Origin: Lytechinus pictus
Lineage: Eukaryota
Assembly: GCF_037042905.1 (NCBI RefSeq)
Contig: NC_087245.1
Span: forward strand, 496,001 to 560,000
Length of the DNA: 64,000 nucleotides
Reading direction: 5' to 3'
Below are positions 27,500 to 39,455 of the stretch, piece after piece. A model generated the notes under the pieces. That model saw only the letters and a program-made list of their open reading frames with translations, made no database searches and was not told the origin of the DNA. Position numbers and translations under genes: made by a program. Each line of letters starts with the position of its first letter. The first letter of the stretch is position 1.

Positions 27500-28139
27500 C
27501 CCGGAGGGGCCACTTCCATTGACCAGTGGAAACCATGCGCGACCACGGGGTCTTGAAAAGCACCCTAAACACGTATTTTCCATATTCTGAAACTATACCC
27601 TTAACAAGTATTGGCATGTGAAACTATACCCTTAACAAGTATTGGAAACAAATACTATTGGCAAGTATTCCCAGAATTGAGCCCCTAAACAAGTACAGCG
27701 ATGTATTTTCCATATTCTGAAACGAAATGATACTCTTGGCAAGTATTCCCTGAAATGAACCCCTAAACAAGTACAGCGATGTTTTATTGTTGTCACGGGT
27801 CCGTCGGTCGTCGGTTTTACCTTTACACACCATTATTATGGTTTAGTACGGCCCCACCATCCACACCACGCGCAAATCGGACTCTAAACACGTAGCGTTG
27901 GGGCAAAAAGGACATCCTTTATAAAACATTTTGATATTGTTTCATCATCCCCACATATTTGACCCTAAACACGTATATTTTTCCGAGCGAAATAGATACC
28001 CTTTTTTCAATATTTTTGTGTTTTTGACACCCTTATCATGTTACGTACGTAACATGCCCTATCTTAAAAAAGACATCCTTTTTACGTGTTTTTTTGGTCG
28101 CGCATGGTATCCACTCGTCAATGTAAGTGGCCCCCCGGG
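27500..28139. mobile_element. poly-G/C-TIR MITE, copy B
   Basis: Same TIR, 8-bp TSD CAGAAGAT. Confidence 0.85.
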
Positions 28140-29031
28140 CAGAAGATACAATGCAATGATTCCACACATTTGACTTCCATGTGTTATAAATCTCTATGGC
28201 AAATTAAGTGTAATGTCAGTTACCGTAATGTCAGTTACCGTAATGTCAGTTACCAGCATGGTTGTGGAAAAACTATCATAGCCCCCAAAAGACAACAAGT
28301 GGAACGCCTCTGGCAGTCTCGCCTGCATTACGCGATTTAATATAGCAGCAGTGCTAACTTTGAAAACTACAATAAAATAATCATTCACAAAAACACCATT
28401 CATATAATGACATAATACCACGTTCATTGACCATAAATGACATTTGAACGGTGACTTAAGACTTGTCAACTACACCCATGTCCACATTTCATTCACTCTA
28501 TCCATAAACTTTCAAAGTTATGATGGCAATTCAACAAATACCCCCAACACGGCCAAAGTTCATTGACCTTAAATGACCATTGACCATGGTCATGTGACCT
28601 GAAACTCGCACAGGATATTCAGTGGTACTTGATTAACCTAATGTCCAAGTTTCATGAACTAGATCCATAAATTTTCAAAGTTATGATGGTAATTCAACAA
28701 ATACCCCCAACTTGGCCAAAGTTCATTGACCCTAAATGACCTTTGACATTGATCATGTGACCTGAAACTCAGGCAGGATGTTCACTCATACTTGATTAAC
28801 CTTATGTCCAAGTTTCATGAACTAGATCCATAAATTTTCAAAGTTATGATAGTAATTCAACAAATACCCCCAACTTGACCAAAGTTCATTGACCCTAAAT
28901 GACCTTTGACCTTGGTCACGTGACTTGAAACTCGAGCAGGATGTTCACTAATACTTGATTGACCTTATGCCCAAGTTTCATGAACTAGGTCCATATACTT
29001 TCTAAGTTATGATGTCATTTCAAAAACTTAA

Positions 29032-29621
29032 AGGAGAATGAAACCCTTGAAACCAGCTGAATCCATATCAAAGAGAAAAATCAAAGAAACATATTGTTGA
29101 AAGTTTGAGGAAGATTAAATGAATAATAAGAAAGTTATGAGCATTTGAATATTGAGATCACTAGTGCCATGTAGATCCTCCCATCGGCAATGTGACCAAG
29201 ATCCGTGATATCACACACGTACAACTCCCTCATTACTTTAGTACTTATTTCACTTATATTCTCACTTTTATAGAGTCTATCACAAGGTGAGGTGTTCTCT
29301 GTATGAGATGACAAGTACAGAGGTTTCACAACATTATATCATTGATGAATCGTTTGTCATATGATTAGAATGAGCAAAAAGAGATGTTTTGGGGTATATT
29401 TTCAGTGTCTAAATGGGAGAGTTGTACGTGTGTGACATCACAGATCTTGGTCGCATTGCCAATGGGAGGATCTCCATAGCATTAGTGATCTCGACATTCA
29501 AATGCTCATAACTCTTTTATTGGCAATTGCTAGTCCTATTTTACTCAAAGTTTTGTTGATCTTATTCTTTGATTTTTCTGCTTTCACAAAAGCTAACTTG
29601 CTCCAAGAGTTTCATTCTCCT
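29032..29621. mobile_element. Kolobok-like MITE
   Basis: TTAA TSD, TIR AGGAGAATGAAAC, long imperfect internal inverted repeats. Confidence 0.85.
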
Positions 29622-29782
29622 TTAACCTCCGGTTAAGATTTTGAAAATAATTCTCCCAACATGGTCTCAGTTCATTGACCCTAAATGACCTTTGACCTTG
29701 GTCATGTGACCTGAAACTCAGGTAGGATGTTCAGTAATACTTGATTATCCTTATGGCCAAGTTTCATGAACTAGGTCCATAT

Positions 29783-30324
29783 AATCGCTGATGTGGTTTA
29801 CGGTACACCATGTGAAGTGTTGTAGAAACAGTGGATAGGAGAAGTGAAGAAATGGATAGGCGAGAAAGTGGAGATTTGAGAGTGGAGTATTCTTTCTTGA
29901 AAGTAGTCCTGAAAAGGACTGTAAACCAGGAAAGATTGATGAGTTAAGAACAGCTTGAGTAGTAGAGCTAGTGAGGAGATGCTGGCTTGAGTCGGCGAGT
30001 AGAGATGATGAGTAGTAGAGTCTCTCTACTACTCATCATCTCTACTCGCCGACTCAAGCCTCATCATCTCTACTCGCCGACTCAAGCCAGCATCTCCTCA
30101 CTAGCTCTACTACTCAAGCTGTTCTTAACTCATCAATCTTTCCTGGTTTACAGTCCTTTTCAGGACTACTTTCAAGAAAGAATACTCCACTCTCAAATCT
30201 CCACTTTCTCGCCTATCCATTTCTTCACTTCTCCTATCCACTGTTTCTACAACACTTCACATGGTGTACCGTAAACCACATCAGCGATTGTACATACCAC
30301 CATGCAAACCTTCAAACAACATCT
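29783..30324. mobile_element. Penelope-like inverted-repeat insertion
   Basis: 238-bp inverted arms, 3-nt loop, 35-nt unpaired tail. TSD TAGGTCCATAT at 29772-29782 and 30325-30335. Confidence 0.7.
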
Positions 30325-32980
30325 TAGGTCCATATACTTTTTAAGTTATGATGTCATTTCAAAAACTTAACCTTAGGTTAAGATTTGATGTTGACGCCGC
30401 CGCCGCCGCCGTCGGAAAAGCGGAGCCTATAGTCTCGCTCTGCTATGCAGGCGAGACAAAAACGAATTGTTTAATATTTTGACACATCTTTACCTAGTAA
30501 CGGAGGTATATTTACATATTCAAATTATTACTCTATCTACTCAGGGACATGAGACATTTCAATTTTAATGAACACCCTGAAATTGCATGTCCTTTTGCGT
30601 AATGTCAGTTACCGACACATTTTTGCTTGCTGATGCGTAAAAAAATGTGGTTACATAGGAAAACTAGTTAGTATCAGAGTATACAGCAAGGTTCACTTTA
30701 TTAACTCTATCAAAAGCAAACTCCCATCATTTGTTGTTTTAGAGATACATGTACACACGATGAAAGGTGTGAAAACATTGTGCCGTGTAATGTCAGTTAC
30801 TGTGAAAATGCCCATGTACATTGTAAGAAATCATAAAGAAGAAAACGGAAGGAGAGAGCAAAATATAATGTACATTAAGAGAAGAATTAAAAGGAGATGA
30901 AATTATCAAAAGGAGATACATAAAAATTCATAGAAAAAAAGAAGATAAATATAAAACCAGAAAAATACATAGACCTGAATATTGGAAAAGATAAAGAAAA
31001 AAATTTAAGGTATGTTTCAGAATTGATTGAGCATGTTTTCCCCTCACTGGAATAGGTACATGTACGATCACAGCACATCTCACGATTACCGCAGACATTT
31101 GTTCTTATCTTAACGGCCTCGCATATGTACCTCGTCTTTTGATAAGAAATTTCATGCCATGTTCGCTCCAAACGATTGTCTAGTGCAACGCCAGAGAGAC
31201 AGACCTAAACAGGGTATTACATGTAGATGATTTAATTACTGTGATTTTTTTTAATAAAATGCAGTAAAGGGAGACATTATTACATGTAGATAAATTCAAT
31301 TATAATATTAACAATAATCTTGTTCTTGTCCGAAAATACACACAAAAAACATTTCACTTAATTCATATCACATTAAATTTAGATTAGGGCAAACTCAAGA
31401 AAAGGTCACCATAGAGGACAAAGTTTCAATTCTATTTAAGAAAGTTATCTTTGGTGGAATAACAGAGCTAAACTGTTGAATTTTAAAATTATAATTATTA
31501 ATTGTATTATAATAATTATTTATAATCAGGTTTTAAATTTTATTATTTCTTGAAAAATAATTTTTCTATAAATTGATCTTCAAAACGGCATTTTATAACA
31601 TCGCTTATCGAAGCTACGTAATACTTGTAACTAAGCGGTTCAAGGGTCAAGCCTATTATATTGCGTTGTTTACGAATGGATTGAGGGATCTACACAAGAT
31701 CAGTCTGGTAAAAAAACCTCTCACTTTTCATATTTATACTAATAGTTTTTTTGCACCTTCATACGCATTAGGGCTTTTTACTTTTAGGCGTATGAAGGTG
31801 TAGAGTCCATAGTCTATAGATAAATAAAATGCAACAAATTTATGTGATTTGTAGGTTTAAAGATGAATTTCCTATCCATCCGTGTTTTGATGTCTCGCTT
31901 AGCCTGTATGGGGGAGGGTTTCAAGGCTTCATGATGAATAAGTATATATGTCAAAATATAAAAAAAAAACATTATCACAAAGTCCTCAAGGACAAGGCTA
32001 ACTAAGTCACTCATTCAATGAACAAGGTTATGATATAACCTTGTTCTCAATTACATATCCATGTGTTGCAAAATAAGGGTAGCAATGTTCGGCTTATTTT
32101 CTATTTTTCTTTGGGACAAATGCTTGATTTTTTTACACTGTCTGTTTCCATTACAGCTATTCATCTTATAACCTGGCTCTTAAGTAAATTTGATTCTTTA
32201 AATTATTTTTTCTTAATTAAAAATAGAGATTGAAAAATGAAAATTTTCTTACCATATTACTTTCCACCAATATAGGGCGTACACAAAAATATGCCCAAAA
32301 TTTAAGTTTTTGAGCGCTCTGGTGAATACAAAAATTATTCCCTGGTTACTAATGACAAATAAATTGCAACTGTATGGAAATAAGTAATTTTGGTCACAAA
32401 AGTGACATTTTAATCATTTTTTAAAGTGTGTGCTGTGTACAGCATTGGCATACCATAGTCCTACCTGTAGATTCCCCACAGGCAGGATGGTTGCAGTGAA
32501 CAAGTGAACTAGGTCTAGCCTTGAGGACTCCATGATGAAGGTTTCAAAAATTGGTTAATAAAAAGGTTAAAAATTGAAGGTTTCTTACCAGACCGATCTC
32601 GTGTAGATCCCTCGATCCGTTTTTCAACAAAGCAAATACAATAGGTCTGACCCTTGAACCGCTTCGTTATGATGTACCTTAGCGATTAGCGATGTTACAA
32701 ATGCCGTTTTGAAGAACAATTTATAGATAAAAATTATTATTTAACAAATACTAAAATTTAATATGTGATAAATATTAATTATTTATAATCACGTATTAAA
32801 TTTTAGTATTTGTTAAATATAATTTTTATCTATAAATTGTTCTTCAAAACAGCATTTTGTAACATCGCTAATGGAAGCTTGGAAGGTACATGTACGTCAT
32901 AACGAAGCGTTTCATGGGTCAGACCTATTGTATTTGCTTTGTTGACAAACGGATCGAGGGATCTACATGTAGCTACATGA

Positions 32981-34765
32981 ATCTTCTTGAATCTTGAAGA
33001 AGTACTCTCCCAAAAGCGTACACGCTGTCCTGGAGAGGGTTGTGCTGTGTCAGGTGCTGCCAGTGCTTCATGTGATGTGGTGATCCTGTGGTGGTATTCT
33101 TGGTGCACTATATACAGTGTGCTAGGTGCAGTGTGCGGGTGGTGCGTGTGTGTCCCTCTTACAGCATCTTAAGGGGAGGGGGAGGCAACATTTGCTGAAT
33201 GATAGGCAATGTTGCTCCCCGGAAGCCAGCTATAGAGGTCGAAGTTACAGCAGCGTTTGGGAGAGTATTCCAAATACGGATGGTTCTTGGGAACATACTG
33301 TACATGTAGCAGTTCACTCTACAAAAAGGCTGGGTGTACTTGAGCTGATGTCCAGTGTGTTGTGAACGTTGTGGACGAGAACTGCTGCTTAACTTAATCT
33401 GAAGTGGCATGTTGATGTAAACATAATTGTGATGAATTTTGTAGAACATCTCACATTGGCTAAGAAGGCGTCTGTGTTGGAGAGTATCCCAGTGAAGAGT
33501 TGACAACATCGATGTTACACTGGATTCTCTGCTATAGTCATGAAGGACAAACCGAGCACCCTGACGTTGAATGTTCTCAATAATGTTTACATCTTTCTGT
33601 ATGTGAGGATTCCATGCACATGAAGCATACTCAAGTTGAGGTCTGACAAGTTGCTTGTACGCAATGTCTCTCACTTTCAGGTTACATTTACCCAATGCTC
33701 GATGTATGATTCCAAGAGTACGAGCAGCTTTGGAGGATATCTTCTGTGCATGGGAGTTCCAACTCAGGTTGTCTGTGATGGTCACACCGAGGTATTTACA
33801 GGAGGTTGCCGTTGGAACAGGTTGGTCACTGATGGTAAAGTTGCAAGCCAAGGGTTGTCGTTTCAATGAGATACACATGTGGGCACACTTCTTGACATTG
33901 AAGGACATATCCCACAGTTTTGCCCAATCTGATAATGTTGAAAGATCTCGCTGGAGAATTACGTGGTCAGCTCTTGTCTTGACCTTGCGATACAGCACAC
34001 AGTCATCAGCAAAGAGTCTGATTGGTGATGAGATGCATTCACAGATGTCATTGATGTACAGCGGGAATAACACAGGCCCGAGTACTGAGCCTTGCGGCAC
34101 GCCTGAGAGTACACTGGCTCGTGGTGAGGATGTTCCATCAACATGAACTGACTGAGATCTGCCTGATAGAAAAGCTTTGATCCATCCATGCATTTGACCA
34201 GTAATGCCATAATACTCCAATTTGTAGAGCAGCTTCCTGTGTGATACCTTATCAAAGGCCTTACTAAAGTCGAGAAAGAAGGCGTCTGTCTGACATTGCT
34301 GGTCGATGTTGTATGCCCAGTCATTGATGGCCTCAACAAGTTGCGTTTCGCATGACAGTCCCTTCCTAAATCCATGTTGGTTTGGGTTGATGATGTTATT
34401 CTTTTCCAAGTATTTTGACATGTGGCTCAATACAATGTGCTCTAGGATCTTGCAGCAGATGCATGTGAGTGACACCGGTCTATAATTGGCTGGGTTACTC
34501 TTGTCGCCAGACTTGTAGATGCTGGCCACTTGAGCTCTTAGCCAATCACTTGGAAGAATTCCCTCATCATAGGATTGTTGGAAGAGATGAGTAAGGACTG
34601 GGCTAATCTCATCTGCATAGTCTCTTCACATTCTAGCAGGTATTTCATCTGGACCACTGGCTTTGTTGGTGTTAAGTTCTTTCAGTTGTTTATTCACTCC
34701 TCGTAAGCTGATGAAGAGATCTTCAATTGGTGTGTACGGTGAGGGACCCTTGTCTGGAATGAGAT
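32981..34765 (-). mobile_element. 5'-truncated CR1-group LINE
   Basis: Carries the RT ORF, an upstream KASGPDEIP segment separated by a TGA near 34627, and a short 3' UTR. Inserted into a foldback MITE arm. Confidence 0.9.
33159..34529 (-). CDS. non-LTR reverse transcriptase (partial ORF2, CR1 group)
   Basis: Motifs NYRPVSLT, QHGFRKG, DFSKAFDKV, GVPQGSVLGP, FADD, KYLGV, FPRTIRIWN. No endonuclease domain is present. Confidence 0.9.
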   Translation of the reverse strand: MASIYKSGDKSNPANYRPVSLTCICCKILEHIVLSHMSKYLEKNNIINPNQHGFRKGLSCETQLVEAINDWAYNIDQQCQTDAFFLDFSKAFDKVSHRKLLYKLEYYGITGQMHGWIKAFLSGRSQSVHVDGTSSPRASVLSGVPQGSVLGPVLFPLYINDICECISSPIRLFADDCVLYRKVKTRADHVILQRDLSTLSDWAKLWDMSFNVKKCAHMCISLKRQPLACNFTISDQPVPTATSCKYLGVTITDNLSWNSHAQKISSKAARTLGIIHRALGKCNLKVRDIAYKQLVRPQLEYASCAWNPHIQKDVNIIENIQRQGARFVLHDYSRESSVTSMLSTLHWDTLQHRRLLSQCEMFYKIHHNYVYINMPLQIKLSSSSRPQRSQHTGHQLKYTQPFCRVNCYMYSMFPRTIRIWNTLPNAAVTSTSIAGFRGATLPIIQQMLPPPPLKML

Positions 34766-35201
34766 TGGTCTGGTAAGAAATCTTCAATTCTTAACCTTTT
34801 TATTAACCAATTTTTGAAACCTTCATACTTCATACGCATTAGGCGTATGAAGGTGTAAAAAAACAAAAAATAAAGAAAATCACAAATATTTTACATGATT
34901 TTTATCTTAAAAGATGGATTTCCTAGGGAAATCCATCTTTGTTTTGATGAGTCTCTTATACATATATGGCAGGCGGTTCAAGGCTCCATGATGAAGAAGT
35001 ACCGGTATATGTCAAAATATCACCATGGAGTCCTCAAGGAAAAACTAGGTCCATATTAAGACCAACTGCAGCTGAACATGCAGTGCAGTGACAGGCGAGT
35101 GCCTGCTAGCGCATCGCTACGAGTTCGAGTACGGGGCAGGTGCGGCACCATGACGCACTGAGTTACGCTTACCTTACGCCGCGCAGTTGCTTCATACTTA
35201 C

Positions 35202-35255
35202 CAACTGTAAAATGCATAATGTTATCATTGTGCACTGCCTTGTACAACAACCCAT
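35202..35255 (-). CDS. NKAIN: NKAIN coding exon 1 (MGCCTRQCTMITLCILQL)
   Basis: Hand translation resembles the NKAIN N-terminus (MGxCxxxCTLxxLCxLQL). It is followed by a GTAAGT donor in phase 0. An in-frame upstream ATG at 35261 would add MK. Confidence 0.9.
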
Positions 35256-35480
35256 TTTCATGACATACTTCTCCTCTTGTTCTTAAAAAAACACTCTCAT
35301 TAACTTAAGGAAAGAATGTATAAATCCATGTAAATCTCCAGTTAACGTCTCACAAGAGTCAAGACTCGTTCCGTTTTACAAGGCTCATTCCGTCTAACAT
35401 CGCGCTAATGGTGGACATGTCGACCTCATCACACAATTTTTAAGTATAACTTCCGCTTTTGACGTAGTTCCTTGTCTTTT
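35256..35480 (-). promoter_or_regulatory. probable NKAIN 5' UTR / proximal promoter
   Basis: Lies immediately upstream of exon 1 and retains CpG. Has an ETS-like GCGGAAGT (minus strand, ~35449-35456) next to TGACG. The TSS cannot be determined. Confidence 0.4.
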
Positions 35481-35859
35481 TCTTACAATTTTTTTCCAAA
35501 AAATCTGAACAAATTTTATATGATTACAAGGTGTGAAATTTATACGAGTTTGGCCGTACACTCTAAGCTATATGCAGGATTTCCGGTATTAGAAAAAAAT
35601 GTAGGCCTACTTGGAGTGATATCCCTTATTCTGGGCTGTATTCACATCGCGGATGAATTTCTAACATAGTTAATGTGCTTTGTTGTAAAACCAGCTGAGT
35701 AGTGTTATTGTTTACAATATTGTGTTAATACTGTCGTAGATCATTGACACTCATTTAATAATATATATTTCTAGTAGACATCAGTCTTTTAAGACGAATT
35801 AGGGGAAAGTGGGGGTAAAACGGACCCTAATTGGGTAAGACGAACCCTAGTCTGCACGC

Positions 35860-38800
35860 CAGTGGCGTAAAGCTACGGGGGGGGGGGGGCAAGGGGGGCA
35901 CGTGCCCCCCCCCCCCCAATCGGCTGCCCCCCTCCCCCTTAAAAAAAAACGGGAAAAGGAGAAAAGAGGGAGAATTATTGTTCATTTATTATATTATGTT
36001 ATATTACATAAGAAACATTTTTTTCATAACGTTATGAAACATATATGCTCAGAGCCTATGTCTCCATTGTTCCTGGTGGTGCTCGATTGCCCGTTTAACG
36101 ATATATATATAGGTTTTCCAGGTCAAATGTCCGCAGATTGGAACCAATCGTCCTTATAGGTATTTCAAATGTCCGTGTACATGAACAAATGTCCGCATAA
36201 GAATATGGATGTCCGATTAGGGATTTCAAATGTCCACGTAGGTTCAAAGTGTCCATATAGCTATATCAAATATCCGATTAGGGAAACCAAAAGTCACATA
36301 GGGAACTAAATGTCCAATTAGAGAGTGTAATATCCCACTTGGGAAAACAAATGTCGTATAGGGATCTCAATTGTCCACGGTTTGAAATAATGATTACTCG
36401 AACATGATAACTTCATTTTTCATCTTTCATCTTTTTCATTTTCTGTCACTCGGCTTTCCCTTTCCCTTCCTGCTCGATCTATCCATTTGTCAGGCAAGGG
36501 ATCCCCCCCCCCCCCGCCGCCTCATTTCACAAATTTGCCGACCTCCTAGATATTTATCCTTATTTTTATCTATTGATTTATTCATTTTTTGTCAATCCTT
36601 TTTTTCGGGAGGGGGGCGGGGTCTTGGCCCTGTATGTTTCTATTCGTCTTCTTTATTTATTTTTGTACACATTCATATATTTCTTCCCTTTTCATTCTAC
36701 CCCGCCCCTGTTTTGGAGCCGTTTAGTGGAGATGGAGCGCCTTTTTGTATCAGGCTCTTTTCTCTTCCTTCCATTCAGCTCCACCTTTTCAACTTTTCCT
36801 TCTCTACTAATTTGTTATAGGCAAACAAACGAATGTCATATAGTGATTTCAATAGTCTCTATGGGTGTAAAATGCTATGTTTCTTACATATTATGTTGTT
36901 TATTTACCAAATTATTATATTCCTTCCACTACATATCGAACGTCACACAACATGATCTACGGACAAACTACGGATATTATTTACAATATTTTTTTTTACT
37001 CAAACCCAGAATATATATATATATCTTAACATGGCATTTAAATTCATATGAAAAACTCATTATTTGTTAAAATGTTTGTTCCTTACAGTTATGAAACTTA
37101 TTTAAGTCATAAAAATAATTATTGTTTAATTCTTCTTAAATATCAGTTTATTACAAATAATGAGTTTTTCATATGAATTATGAAATTAAATGCCATGTTT
37201 ATATATTTCATATTTCATTCTTTCAGTTTTTGAGAGGCGAGTCCCTTGGAACCTACAAACTTGAGGGTGTTGTGATGAATTAATGGTCATTAATTATCAA
37301 TTTAAATTTCATGAATTATCAAATTAAAATTCCATGCATGAGTGAGCGTGAATTGCAATCTTTAGTGCAGCATTTTAACTTTACAATGTGGGTCTTGGCA
37401 GTGTGTTCATTGGAGGCAGGAGAATAGGGGTAAGATAGAACTTCAGTGGGTGAAGAAAGCTGATGGGAAAGGGGTCAATTTGATAATAAATTCTGAAAAT
37501 TAGGTCATCAACGTTTTCATTTGTAATGAAAAATTGAAAGTACATGTTAATTCATAACGGTTACATTTTATACACTCATTTGCATTTCCTGAGGCATAAC
37601 GTGCAATGCTGTCAGAAATCCACTTAATTATATTTTAATTCAGATAAACGTCTAAGACGATATAATTTTCAATGCTGGGATTGATTTTAATTACTTTAAG
37701 TCAATTTAATTTAGACGGGGTGGGTAGGGTGTATCTAGCTGGATAAGATGTAATCATTTTGATAGGCTCTTTCAGGCAGGGTAAACATATTTCGAATTCT
37801 TGTACTTAAAAATACATCATTATGCAACTAACCTTGATTTATTAAAAGTACTTCTTATTTCTTTTTTAATTCAAACAATAGTAATGTAATTTTTATTAAC
37901 AATTATTCATTTTTTCATATCTTTTGATAATTTGTAATTACCTTGTTTTGGACCCTATATGGAAGACTAGCAGAGTGATGCCTATATTGTCAATGTTCGA
38001 TGAGAACAAATATTTAAACATAACAATAAATTTCAACGCATTTTACTTTAAATAAATATGTTATTAATGTTACACTCTCGGTATGAAGCATGTTTGTTTC
38101 TGTTAAGCTTTCAATAAATGTTCAAGTATTTTTTACACTTTTTATTTCAATAAAACAAATTAATTGGTTTTACCCTATTGTTTAAATAATATTTACTACT
38201 GAACAGAATTTTGATACTTAATGTGTACATTCGTCATACATTATAAGAAAATTTCAGGTTATTTTCAGCATCATTACCAAATGGACATTTGAATTACCTA
38301 AACGACATTTGATTTACCTATGTACGACTTGATGCCTTAATTCATGCATGATTATGTAACAATTGCTATTGAACGGATATTTGAATTCCCTATTGACATC
38401 TTGATTAGCAAGATGGACATTTGATTTACCTATTTAAAATAAATTCTATTGTGCGGACATTTGACTTCTCTAAAGACATTTTATTCATCTATTGGGATAC
38501 AATTCTGGCTAATGGGACATTTGAATTCCCTATTGACATTTGAATTACCTAATCGGACACTTGCTCTGACACGGCGGATATTTGACCTGGAAAACCTATA
38601 TAATCCTGTTGTACTAAACCTCCCGTCTTCAAGTCAATATACACCAGATATATCTCCTCGGACTTCGAGTTATTATTGTTTTATGTAGTGATATATGCTC
38701 TATTTTAAGGTCTTAATATAAAACATTTCCTGCCCGTGCTTGTAAACGTTCGCATTAGTAGATTGGTGAGATATGTCTACTTTTCATGAATTCCTAAAAT

Positions 38801-39455
38801 CAGTCTTAATGTCCCCTTTTCTGATCTGAATATAAAATGTTCAGCTCGCGCTTCGCGCTCGCATAAGTAAAATACGTATATGGTCTTCATGAATTCCTAA
38901 AGGAAAGCCTTAAATAGCCCTCTTCAGGTGTGAATTTCCTAATTTTTAGCTCGCGCTTCGCGCTCGCAATATTTGATTAGAAAGATGCATATATGTTAAT
39001 CATTATTACAATGAATGCAAGTGCTTAATGTGTTCAGGTGTAATTTTAACAAAATCAGCAAGCGCATGGCACCCGCATTAGGTGACTATATAATGAGATA
39101 TGCATACTCTTAATGAATTCCTAAAATATAGTCCTTAAAATGTCCGTTTGGGGTCAATATATACAAAAATTTCAGCTCGCGCTTCGCGCTCGCATTGTTT
39201 GTTTAGCGAAACAGGTACGTATCATGATTACAAAAAACTGCTTATAATTTCAATTTTTTGGTCTGAATATAAAACATTTTCAGCTCGCGCTCGCATTATT
39301 TGATCAGTGAGATACATATCCGTTTAATGGCACCGTCCTTAAAATGTCTCTATTCGGTCAGTATACCTGGCAACTGAGCGCGTTTCGCACGTTCACTAAG
39401 TGACTCAAAATTATTGCTGGTGCCCCCCCATGCCGTGACCCACGATACGCCACTG
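35860..39455. mobile_element. hAT-like non-autonomous element just upstream of NKAIN
   Basis: TIR CAGTGGCGTA, 8-bp TSD CTGCACGC/CTGCAGGC, ~120-bp subterminal repeats containing cagctcgcgcttcgcgctcgca. Confidence 0.8.
36110..38598. mobile_element. Academ-like non-autonomous element nested in the hAT-like element
   Basis: TAG...CTA termini, TIR TAGGTTTTCCAGGTCAAAT, TATA TSD, periodic aaatgtcc subterminal motifs. Confidence 0.75.

Larger units (their letters stand above)
28295..30457 (-). mobile_element. Helentron-like non-autonomous element with two nested insertions
   Basis: Same ends. Interrupted at 29032-29621 and 29783-30324. Confidence 0.82.
24183..30813. mobile_element. 6.6-kb GGG...CCC element (Sola2-like) with several nested insertions
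   Basis: TIR GGGCATTTTCAC, 4-bp TSD ATGT, about ten gtaatgtcagttac repeats. It splits the purine-rich minisatellite. Confidence 0.8.
32510..35045. mobile_element. palindromic foldback MITE interrupted by CR1
   Basis: Symmetry centre near 32780. The left arm (32520-32775) pairs with 32790-32980 plus 34760-35040. A related arm lies at 31545-31995. Confidence 0.7.

Noticed and set aside
29783..30324. Hammerhead ribozyme in the Penelope-like insertion
   Set aside because: No complete CUGAnGA...GAAA core with flanking stems could be built by eye. An Infernal search would be needed.
33295..33310. TACATGTA inside the CR1 ORF as a footprint
   Set aside because: The spacing of the CYxYSxFPRT motif looks normal, so there is no evidence of an insertion.
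33636..34375. Extra ORFs overlapping the CR1 RT
   Set aside because: Alternative-frame or antisense shadows of the RT ORF.
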